DNA from: a virus
Lineage: Duplodnaviria > Caudoviricetes
Virus record (IMG/VR): IMGVR_UViG_3300036520_000020
Span: 1 to 45,564 of that record
Direction: 5' to 3' (one strand)
DNA: 45,564 bases
Position numbers and translations under genes: made by a program. Positions 16,756 to 24,952 of this stretch are shown piece by piece (position 1 is the stretch's first letter; each line of letters begins with the position of its first letter). The notes beneath the pieces are model-generated. The model was given only the letters and a program-made list of their open reading frames with translations. It did not search any database and was not told where the DNA came from.

Positions 16756-18341
16756 CCCCCCTCCGCCCCTACCAGCGTGAGGCCATCAACTCCGTTCTAT
16801 CCTACTGGGCGGAAGGCGGAGGTAACCCGCTTGTCGACATGGCCACAGGCACCGGCAAGAGCGTGGTCATCGCTACCCTGACCCGGGAGCTGCTCTCCAC
16901 CTGGCCTGACATGCGCGTGCTCATGCTCGTGCACGTGAAGGAGCTGGTGGAGCAGAATGCCAGAGCGCTTCTGAGGACGTGGCCGCAGGCGCCGATCGGC
17001 ATCAACTCGGCCGGTCTCGGGCGGCGGGACCGCCACTCGGCAATCCTGTTTGCCTCGGTCCAATCCGTGCACCGGATCGGTCGGGAGCTTGGCCCGCGCG
17101 ACCTCATCCTCATCGATGAAAGCCACCTCGTGCCCCGGGCGGGTGATGGCATGTATCGCCGGCTCCTGGATGACCTCCGCATCGCTGTGCCGGACCTGCG
17201 CGTCGCCGGGTTCACAGCCACGCCCTACCGTCTTGACAGCGGCCGGCTCGACGATGGCGACGAACGGCTCTTTTCCGAGGTTGTCTACTCCTACGGAATC
17301 GGGCGCGGGATCAGCGATGGCTACCTCTCGCGCCTCGTGTCGAAGGCTACTGCAACGCAGCTAGACGTCTCAGGCGTAGCGAAAAGGGGCGGGGAGTTCG
17401 TCGCCGGAGCACTCGAAAGGGCAGTTGACCTGGACTCAACCACGCAGGCCGCGGTCGACGAACTGGTCGGATACGGAGAGCACCGCCGATCTTGGCTCGT
17501 CTTTGCTGCCGGTGTCAGTCACGCCATTCACCTCCGGGACGCCATCCGAGCCCGTGGTATCGCCTGCGAGACGGTGACGGGCGAGACACCAGCCGGAGAG
17601 CGCGACCGCATTATCCGGGACTTCCGGGATGGTCGGTTGCGCTGCCTCACCAACGCTATGGTGCTCACGACAGGATTTGATGCCCCTAGCGTGGATCTCG
17701 TCGCCGTGCTCCGTCCGACCCTGTCACCGGGCCTCTACGTCCAGATCGTGGGGCGTGGGACGCGCTTGGCACCTGGCAAGGAGAACTGCCTGGTTCTAGA
17801 CTATGCCGGCAACGTGAAGCGGCACGGACCGGTGGACGCGATCGAGATCCGCAAGCCTGGGCCTGGCGGTGGCGTCGCTCCCGTCAAGGAGTGCCCCGAA
17901 TGTCAATCGATGGTCCACGCCGCGGCTCTGGTGTGCCCTGACTGTGGCCACGACTTCCCTCCTCGTGAGGTCAAGATTGATGCTCAGGCAGACGGCCATC
18001 GGCACATTCTGAGTACCGGCACGCCAGCCTGGATCGAAGTCTCGGACGTGCGATTCTTCCCGCACCTGAAGCCGGGATCTCCGACCTCTCTCCGAGTGGA
18101 GTACACATGCGGCGTCACGGTGCACAAGCAATGGGTCTGTTTCGAGCATGAGGGCTTCGCACGGTCGAAGGCCCACAGCTGGTGGCGCCGCTTGGGTGGT
18201 TTGTCGCCAGCTCCTGCGACCGTCGCGGAGGCTATCGATCGAACCCGTGAACTGTCCTGGCCTGATGAAATCCAGGTGCGGCCGTCGGGCAAGTACTTCG
18301 AGATTGTGGGGCTCCGGCATCGTGAAGGGGTGGCCGCATGA
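16752..18341 (+). CDS. SF2 DExH helicase (RadD/YejH-like) with Zn finger
   Basis: ATGTGKS, DESH, TATP, LTTGFDAP, QIVGRGTR, CPEC...CPDC. Confidence 0.95.
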   Translation: MTPLRPYQREAINSVLSYWAEGGGNPLVDMATGTGKSVVIATLTRELLSTWPDMRVLMLVHVKELVEQNARALLRTWPQAPIGINSAGLGRRDRHSAILFASVQSVHRIGRELGPRDLILIDESHLVPRAGDGMYRRLLDDLRIAVPDLRVAGFTATPYRLDSGRLDDGDERLFSEVVYSYGIGRGISDGYLSRLVSKATATQLDVSGVAKRGGEFVAGALERAVDLDSTTQAAVDELVGYGEHRRSWLVFAAGVSHAIHLRDAIRARGIACETVTGETPAGERDRIIRDFRDGRLRCLTNAMVLTTGFDAPSVDLVAVLRPTLSPGLYVQIVGRGTRLAPGKENCLVLDYAGNVKRHGPVDAIEIRKPGPGGGVAPVKECPECQSMVHAAALVCPDCGHDFPPREVKIDAQADGHRHILSTGTPAWIEVSDVRFFPHLKPGSPTSLRVEYTCGVTVHKQWVCFEHEGFARSKAHSWWRRLGGLSPAPATVAEAIDRTRELSWPDEIQVRPSGKYFEIVGLRHREGVAA

Positions 18342-18676
18342 CCTCCGCCGTCACCCCTGAGCCCTGCTTCATCTGCAAACGCCGGGACAGCGGCTGCGGC
18401 CTCGTGAAGGGCCGGCAGTTCCGCTGGTACTGCGACGACTGCGGCACGGAACTCGCCAAGAAAGCCAACGCCATGCCTCAGCGCGCATTCGACTTCGCCG
18501 AACAACGAGCCATGCAGGAGGCTGGTGAGAAAGGAGGCGAGTACCTCGACACCATTGGCAAGACAGACCTGGCCGCGCTCGATGAGAACGAGTGGAACGT
18601 CTTCCTCATCACGGTGATCCGCTCCTTCGGAGAGGCCATGCGCACTTCGCTCGAAAAGCATGAGGCGCCGTTTTAG
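18338..18676 (+). CDS. conserved phage protein (DUF6511-like)
   Basis: CFIC...CDDC; GGEYLDTIGKTDLA; APF terminus; lies between helicase and primase. Confidence 0.75.
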   Translation: MTSAVTPEPCFICKRRDSGCGLVKGRQFRWYCDDCGTELAKKANAMPQRAFDFAEQRAMQEAGEKGGEYLDTIGKTDLAALDENEWNVFLITVIRSFGEAMRTSLEKHEAPF

Positions 18677-18678
18677 CT

Positions 18679-20940
18679 GTGGCCCAACTCCCCGAGATCT
18701 TCGAAGCCGCAGCGCACCAAGTCATGTCCAATTTGGACCTCGCCCTCGACCTCGCGCGGCAGGGTGTGCACGTCTTCCCATGCCAGCCCGATGGGCCAGA
18801 CGAGAAGAAGCCATGCCCAGGGGTGTTCTGGCGTAACACCTCAACCACTAACGAAACCCGGATCCGGCAATGGTGGGATCGCTGGCCTAATGCTCTACCC
18901 GGCCTCGACTTGGCCAAGGCAGGGTTTGTGGTCGTTGACTGCGATCGCAAACCTGGGCAGCCGGATGGCGTGTCTGCATTCCAGGACCTCGCCGCAAGTC
19001 ATAACGACGAGCTCGAAGGCGTACCCGTTGTGGAGACGGCGAACGGCGGGCAGCATCACTATTTCCGGCAGTGGGCTCAGCACGGCAACGGGAAGGGCGC
19101 ATTGCCGGCCGGCATCGATGTGCGAGGTCATGGCGGCTACGTCATCGCTCCGGGCGCCACGTTTCTGGATGGCCGGCGCTATGAGCCGATCGAAGGTGAC
19201 TTCCAGGACGCGAAGGACGCCCCCCACTGGCTGATTGAGATTCTCACAGCGCCAAAGGGCGTGAACGGCCACACGTTCACGAGCGAGCCGGCTCCACCTG
19301 TTTCGGATGATCGCAAGCGCTCCTATGGTCAGGCGGCTCTCCAGGAAGAGGCCCAGAGGGTCGCCTCCTGTGCCCACCCCCGCAACATCACCTTAAACGG
19401 AGCTGCCTTTGCGTGCGGCCAGCTGGTTGCTGGCGGGTGCCTTAGCGAGCCCGAGGTGCGCTCCGCCCTGGTGAGCGCCGCCCAGGCCTGCGGCCTCGTG
19501 AAGGACGACGGGCTGAGATCTGTGCAGGCCACGATTTCATCCGGCCTCAAGGCTGGGGCCCGAGAGCCCCGAGGTCCGCCAGAGGATCCAGGCGAGGTTA
19601 TTGTGCTCACCTCGCACCGGATCATCGAGGCCCCGGATGGGACCCGAGCTGATGCGGAGACTGGCGAGATCATCCCAGAGCCGGAGCCTGCGGCGATCGT
19701 CAGCCATGCCCCGCGGGAGCTCCTACAGGTCCCTGGGATCGTCGGCCTCATCGCGGATTGGATTAGCTCGACCGCTCGCTTCCCTCAGCCGGTGATGTCA
19801 CTTGCGGCAGCCTTGACGCTCGTGGGAACAGCCGCGGGCCGGCATATCGAGGGACCGTCCGAATCCAGCACGCACCTCTACATCGTCTGCCTGGCTCCGT
19901 CTGGGTACGGGAAGAACCATCCCCTAAACCAGATCAAGCGCGTCATGGAAGCGGCTGGGATGCGCCATCACATCGGCCCTGATCAGTTCATGTCCATGCC
20001 GGCCGCCATCAACTTCATGATGCGTTCGCCGCTTGCCCTCTGTCCCATGGATGAATTCGGGTCATTCCTGAAGAGGATCAACAACAAGCGGGCCTCAGGC
20101 TTCGAAGCAGCCCTGTCTGGAACGCTGCGCCAGGCCTGGGACGCCTTCAAGCTGGTGGTGACCCCAGAGTGGGCAGGAAGAGCCGCAGAGAGGATCGTGG
20201 CACCTGCTCTATCGGTTTATGGAGCCTCCAATCCAGAGGAGTTCTATAGCGCCCTGGAGGGCGCGGACGTAACGAACGGCGTCTTGAACCGGTTCCTGAT
20301 CTTCGATGCTAACGACAAGCCGGAGGAGCGAGAGCCGAAGTTGCAAGCTCGTGCGGTGCCGCCAGAGATCATCAACGGTCTGCGGGCGATCTATTACGCC
20401 AGCGGCGAGATGGTCGCGGCCCAGCTTAATCGATCGGACGAGGCGCCACCTACCATTAAGGTCAAGGAAACCCCGGAGGCGCTTGCGATCAGGCGCGCCT
20501 TCGCTGCGGACGTTCGGGCCATGAGTGATGCCAATGCGAAGCATCGCCCTTTCTTGGTGCGCACGTCCGAGAATGCCATCCGCCTAGCGACGATCCAGGC
20601 CATAGGGCGCGATCCGGTGGCCATGATGGTGAATGCGGACGACATGCGCTGGGCCTGTGAGCTTTCGATGTGGTGCGCCCGCAACATGATCACGGGGGCT
20701 GGCCTCTACATCGCCGATAGCGAGACGCAGGCCGTTGCGAACGTGATCCGCCGAGCGATCGTGGGGGCTGGGGGCAGGATCAAGCGTCGGGATCTCATTC
20801 GCACAATCGATCATCGATACCGGGCGCGAGACATCGATGAAGGCATCAAAGCCCTCGCTGAGGGGGAAGAGATCCAGATTGAGAAGGTGGATCGGGAGGG
20901 CGGTGGACCACCGAGTTACTGGTACACGATAAGACAGTGA
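18679..20940 (+). CDS. bifunctional primase-polymerase fused to a helicase-like (DUF3987-like) domain
   Basis: VFPC...KKP...VVVDCD...T-NGGQHHYF...IDVRG-GGYVIAP; C-terminal APSGYGKN and MDEFG. Confidence 0.9.
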   Translation: MAQLPEIFEAAAHQVMSNLDLALDLARQGVHVFPCQPDGPDEKKPCPGVFWRNTSTTNETRIRQWWDRWPNALPGLDLAKAGFVVVDCDRKPGQPDGVSAFQDLAASHNDELEGVPVVETANGGQHHYFRQWAQHGNGKGALPAGIDVRGHGGYVIAPGATFLDGRRYEPIEGDFQDAKDAPHWLIEILTAPKGVNGHTFTSEPAPPVSDDRKRSYGQAALQEEAQRVASCAHPRNITLNGAAFACGQLVAGGCLSEPEVRSALVSAAQACGLVKDDGLRSVQATISSGLKAGAREPRGPPEDPGEVIVLTSHRIIEAPDGTRADAETGEIIPEPEPAAIVSHAPRELLQVPGIVGLIADWISSTARFPQPVMSLAAALTLVGTAAGRHIEGPSESSTHLYIVCLAPSGYGKNHPLNQIKRVMEAAGMRHHIGPDQFMSMPAAINFMMRSPLALCPMDEFGSFLKRINNKRASGFEAALSGTLRQAWDAFKLVVTPEWAGRAAERIVAPALSVYGASNPEEFYSALEGADVTNGVLNRFLIFDANDKPEEREPKLQARAVPPEIINGLRAIYYASGEMVAAQLNRSDEAPPTIKVKETPEALAIRRAFAADVRAMSDANAKHRPFLVRTSENAIRLATIQAIGRDPVAMMVNADDMRWACELSMWCARNMITGAGLYIADSETQAVANVIRRAIVGAGGRIKRRDLIRTIDHRYRARDIDEGIKALAEGEEIQIEKVDREGGGPPSYWYTIRQ

Positions 20941-20947
20941 AGCGAGG

Positions 20948-21201
20948 GGACAAATGATGGGACGACCGTCAGAAACAAAGGGACAAACGATCGTTTGTCC
21001 CTTTTTCGTTTGTGACAAATGAACGTTTGTCCTCTCATTTGTCCTTAGAAGATAATGATCAAAAAGCTTGCTACATCATACACTTACTTAATATATACAT
21101 CATTTGTCCCATTTGTCCTTAGTCTCCCTAAAGTATGATTTTCTTGTAATTTTGTTACAAGGTTTTCCCGATACACATACCGCGCGGGAATCCGGGACAA
21201 G
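20948..21201. repeat. iteron-like TTTGTCC repeats with AT-rich tract (candidate replication origin)
   Basis: At least 7 copies of TTTGTCC/GGACAAA in both orientations, a 28-bp perfect palindrome at 20977-21004, and AT-rich stretches in 21045-21165. Confidence 0.7.
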
Positions 21202-21216
21202 CGCTCAAAGGAGACT

Positions 21217-21531
21217 ATGGCCGTGCCCAAGACGATGACGAAAGAGCAAACGATCGAGCGCGTTCTCATCCGATGGAAGGAATGGGCTGATGCCAATGTT
21301 GGCCGTCTCGGCCGCGGCTATTATGGCAGCGGAACATTAAGCGAGGGCTACGGCGGTGGGTATGAGATCGGCTTCAAGGTACTCGAACGCATCACCGAGC
21401 CGCGCGGTGAGTTCGAACGTAAGTTGGAGATGCTCGACGAGCTTCTGCGGTCCATACCCAACGACTGGAGCGCTGAGCACCGCGCTTTGCTGGCGGGCAG
21501 CATCATTCGCTACATGGCTGAGCTTGACTAA
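21217..21531 (+). CDS. hypothetical phage protein
   Basis: 104-aa ORF with AGGAG RBS. Confidence 0.7.
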   Translation: MAVPKTMTKEQTIERVLIRWKEWADANVGRLGRGYYGSGTLSEGYGGGYEIGFKVLERITEPRGEFERKLEMLDELLRSIPNDWSAEHRALLAGSIIRYMAELD

Positions 21532-21602
21532 CGTGAGTTAGTCTCCAATCTTCCTCTTGCGCATTCCGACCGTGACCGCGGCGACCCACAGAGGCCGCCG
21601 TG

Positions 21603-22235
21603 ATGAGCAACAAGCAGAAGCAGAAGAAGAACCGGCGCCAGACGCGCCTGCAGCGCTATGAGTCGCAGGTCACCCCGACGCACTACGTGCGCATCATGCG
21701 CATCCCTTTGCAGATCGACGCCTCCCTGAAGCTGTTCGTGATCCGCACAGCCTCAGGCCGGGAGCGTAAGGTGCACCGTGATCTGGAGCGTGCCGGATTT
21801 ACGGTCTACCTGCCCATCAACGTCGTCATGGCCATCCGCCGCGGGAAGGCAACCGAGGTGCTCCAGCGCCCGGCCGCCGGATACCTGTTCGTGGGCTTCC
21901 CTGAGGGTGTGAGCGGCCGTGAGGCGCTCTGGCGCTACCATGACGAGACGGTCGCAGCCGCGGCGCCGGTGAGTTTCCGGACCAACACGGGCGACATGGC
22001 CGTCCACGAGCCCAGGATTGGCCAGGAGCGACCGTTCTTCCGAGTCATGGGCCCGTTCAAGGCCGAGAGCCTGCAGCGGTTCGTGGACAGCCTGGATCCG
22101 GAGCCCGTAGCCGTCCTCTGGGAAGGCGATACCCCGGTCGCGAAATTCCCGGCCATCATCGCCGATCTTGTCGACGGCGAGGTCCTAGGGCTTGTGGATA
22201 TCGGCGCGCTGCTCGAGATGCAGGAGGCAGCCTAG
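21603..22235 (+). CDS. NusG-family (NGN domain) late antiterminator
   Basis: FVIRTASGRERKV...L-RAGF-VYLP...RP---GYLFV; occupies the lambda Q position. Confidence 0.82.
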   Translation: MSNKQKQKKNRRQTRLQRYESQVTPTHYVRIMRIPLQIDASLKLFVIRTASGRERKVHRDLERAGFTVYLPINVVMAIRRGKATEVLQRPAAGYLFVGFPEGVSGREALWRYHDETVAAAAPVSFRTNTGDMAVHEPRIGQERPFFRVMGPFKAESLQRFVDSLDPEPVAVLWEGDTPVAKFPAIIADLVDGEVLGLVDIGALLEMQEAA

Positions 22236-22237
22236 AC

Positions 22238-22266
22238 TTGAAATCATTCTCAGCTTCGAGTATTTC
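22238..22266 (+). promoter_or_regulatory. putative late promoter
   Basis: TTGAAA-N17-TATTTC directly after the NusG-like gene. Confidence 0.5.
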
Positions 22267-22362
22267 TTCAGGCAGGGATAAGTTGGTGCGCGTGATCACC
22301 CGTACAGGGTTGCATCTCCCCAACGCCCGGCCCACGGCAGCACCGAGGCTGAATGGTTTTCT

Positions 22363-22390
22363 ATGCCCGCGCACAGCGGGCATTTTTGTT
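22363..22390 (+). terminator. intrinsic terminator in late leader
   Basis: ATGCCCGC-GCACA-GCGGGCAT-TTTTGTT. Confidence 0.75.
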
Positions 22391-22554
22391 ATGGGCCTGC
22401 TGATCTTCCGCCGCATGCTTCTCCTCACCCTCAGGGAGAACCTGGCGGAACTCCACCTTAGCGAAGCCACACGCGACGCGCTCTACCTGTCCGCCGCTAT
22501 GGATGAGAGCGACCGTCGTCGCGAACTGCTGTTGGCGTGAGATAGAAACAAAGC

Positions 22555-22582
22555 GGCCGCGCGGACGAAAGCTCGCGCGGCC
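22555..22582 (-). terminator. hairpin terminator after the lipoprotein moron
   Basis: GGCCGCGCG...CGCGCGGCC followed on the minus strand by GCTTTGTTTCT. Confidence 0.5.
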
Positions 22583-22596
22583 TGCCCAAGGACAGG

Positions 22597-23568
22597 TTAG
22601 GGGAGGATGCTGCGAAGGAGGGAGCGCCCTGAACCGAACGACTCCAAGGCCTGTCGATCGAGTTGCTTGTCGAGGAATCGATCAAGAGGGGAGGGATCGG
22701 TGGCTGTTGGCCGATCCGATGCTGGCCTCGCCGGTTTGGACGGGGCCTTAGCAGGATCGCCGTCTTTTGGAAGGTAGAGGCCTACGATCACTTGATGGAC
22801 GTCCGAGCGCTTCGCTTCTGCTGTGAAGGCCGCACTATCAAGTTCGAGCGATCGGTTGCCTGGAGCTAGGGTGACTTTTGGATTGATCGATCCCTGCCAG
22901 ATCGTAGTGAACTTCAGTGTATCTGCGAATAGCGCTGCGTCAGCGCCTTTCTGGGTCAGCTTTTGGAGTTCGTTTAAGTTCAGGAAGGTCGCGATGACCT
23001 CTGCAGTGCCAATCCTACCGGTGATTGGATACACATAGTTGGGCGCGCGCGAGACGTTGGAGCATCTCAGGTGTTTGTCTTCCAAGATGGAGTCGAACGT
23101 GTCTTTGACGCGGAAGACCCGCTGATTCTCTCGTGATCGATCATTCCCGGCTTTGATCGACAAGAAGTTGAAACCTGTGCCGAGTGCCTTGAGGCCGATG
23201 TCGGTAGAAAGCTTGTTGTCCTCGCTGATGGTGAAGGTGAAATCGTGAGCGATCTCGGCTCCGTCGTATCGAGCGATGAGCTCGCGCGTTGTTGGTGAGA
23301 AACGCTCTAATGGGATCTGCCGCCATTCCTTCACGTTATGTTCAAGGAAGTCAGCCCACTTCTTCTTGACGTCTGCATCGGCCTTTTTGTCGTTCAACAG
23401 GAGGGCTTGTGCCTGTTCTTTGATGGCATGTCGTGCCTCACATCGGATTGCGAGTACGATTTCGAAGGTATTGATACCTCCCGTGACTTGTTCTGGGAGA
23501 GGATGGATGGCGCAACCGGAAACTAAGGCCGCGCCAATGCCGGCCACAAGCGTTCGACAATACGACAT
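22597..23568 (-). CDS. lipoprotein moron, hypothetical
   Basis: Lipobox LVSGC; GGAGGGGG RBS; antisense to the late operon; visibly more AT-rich codon usage. Confidence 0.8.
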   Translation of the reverse strand: MSYCRTLVAGIGAALVSGCAIHPLPEQVTGGINTFEIVLAIRCEARHAIKEQAQALLLNDKKADADVKKKWADFLEHNVKEWRQIPLERFSPTTRELIARYDGAEIAHDFTFTISEDNKLSTDIGLKALGTGFNFLSIKAGNDRSRENQRVFRVKDTFDSILEDKHLRCSNVSRAPNYVYPITGRIGTAEVIATFLNLNELQKLTQKGADAALFADTLKFTTIWQGSINPKVTLAPGNRSLELDSAAFTAEAKRSDVHQVIVGLYLPKDGDPAKAPSKPARPASDRPTATDPSPLDRFLDKQLDRQALESFGSGRSLLRSILP

Positions 23569-23845
23569 GAATGTTGCCCCCCTCCGGCTCTCCGACCTTC
23601 CCCAAGGTCGAGCCGTGGGGCACAGCCTCGCAGACCACGTCGGGTTCGTCTGTTGCCGGGATGCAACTTCTAGGAAGATTTAGCTTGGCTGCGACGTGAA
23701 ATAGAGGGCATGTGGCTTGCGCCGTTCTTCCCGTTCTTCCCGTGACCCATCCCTCACCGCGCAGGTGATCGGTACCGTGATCCTGGTTGGCATCGCTGCG
23801 GCCCTGTTCGGTTTAGGCGTCCAGATCCTTGGTGGATGGTAGAGC

Positions 23846-24169
23846 GTGGGTCTCAAGACCATCGCTCCTCGCATCGCCACTCTCGACCCTCGCAGAGCCA
23901 AGCCTCCGCCCAAGACGGCCGATGCCTACTACACCACCCCTGAGCATCGTGCCTGGTCAGCCCTGGTCATCAAGAGGGCAGGAGGCCGGTGCCAATGGGT
24001 CGAGAACGGTATCCGCTGCACCAAGGCCTATCCTCATCACCGCATGCTCGCTGACCACATCGTCGAGGTGAAGGATGGCGGTGCACTCCTCGATCCCGCC
24101 AACGGTCAATGCCTCTGCGTCCAGCACAACACCCGCAAGGGGCTGAAGGCGAGGGCGGCGAGGCGATAG
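23846..24169 (+). CDS. terminase-associated HNH endonuclease
   Basis: ADHIVEVKDGGALLDPANGQCLC--HN-RK; directly upstream of terS. Confidence 0.88.
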   Translation: MGLKTIAPRIATLDPRRAKPPPKTADAYYTTPEHRAWSALVIKRAGGRCQWVENGIRCTKAYPHHRMLADHIVEVKDGGALLDPANGQCLCVQHNTRKGLKARAARR

Positions 24170-24364
24170 GGGGGCGGGTCGAAAGTCCAGGGGCGGTAGG
24201 GGGCCTAACCGCCTGGGGTCTCATTTGCAGATTTTTGCTAACCCCGCTGGCGTGCCTGCCCTTCGGTCCCGCAGCCCTCACGGCGCGTTTCGTTTCAATT
24301 CAAGCACCGCGGTAGCCACTTCATCCGGCGCCCGTCTGCGAGGCTCAGACAGCCATTTCCAGTC

Positions 24365-24952
24365 ATGTCACTCACCGAAAAACGTCGTCGCTTCGTCGAA
24401 GAGTATCTGAAGGACCTGAACGGCACGCAGGCCGCGATCCGCGCTGGCTATGCGCCGGGGTCAGCCAAGGTCGAGGGTTCCCGCCTCTTGGCCGATGCTA
24501 ACGTGCGCCAAGCCATCCAGGACGCCTCCCGCATCCGGGCTCAAAGGGTAGCGGACCGGCATGACGTCACCGTTGATCGGGTGGTGTTGGAGCTTGCTAA
24601 GATCGGCTTCTCTGACATCCGGAAGGTGGTCGAGTGGTCCGGCGCCGAACTGGCTGATGAGAAGGATGGGCACGACGGCGAGGGCGGCGATCCGGTCGTT
24701 GTGATCCGGGCCGCGAACTTTGTGAAGCTCGTCGGCAGCGATGTGGTCGATGACGCCACGCCCGCGGCGATCTCCGAGATCTCGCAGACGAAAGACGGTG
24801 CCCTGAAGGTGAAGATGCACAACAAGCAGGCCGCCCTGGTGAATCTGCTCCGGCACCTGACTGCGCCCTTGCAGCCGCCGGCGGAGGATGATGACGCTCA
24901 AGGTCCGCGGCCGAAGCCCCATACCGACAGCTGGGACGGCTTGCTGCAGTAA
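24365..24952 (+). CDS. terS: terminase small subunit
   Basis: LTEKRRRFVEEYLKDLNGTQAAIRAGY...VVLELAKIGFSDI. Confidence 0.92.
   Translation: MSLTEKRRRFVEEYLKDLNGTQAAIRAGYAPGSAKVEGSRLLADANVRQAIQDASRIRAQRVADRHDVTVDRVVLELAKIGFSDIRKVVEWSGAELADEKDGHDGEGGDPVVVIRAANFVKLVGSDVVDDATPAAISEISQTKDGALKVKMHNKQAALVNLLRHLTAPLQPPAEDDDAQGPRPKPHTDSWDGLLQ

Noticed and set aside
20948-21201. Repeats as a CRISPR array
   Set aside because: Units are only 7-10 bp, in both orientations and irregularly spaced
23717-23842. 41-aa TM ORF upstream of HNH (also 49-aa ORF 22391..22540 and 55-aa ORF 12687..12854)
   Set aside because: Plausible microproteins, but weak starts or RBS and no motif; too uncertain to list as features
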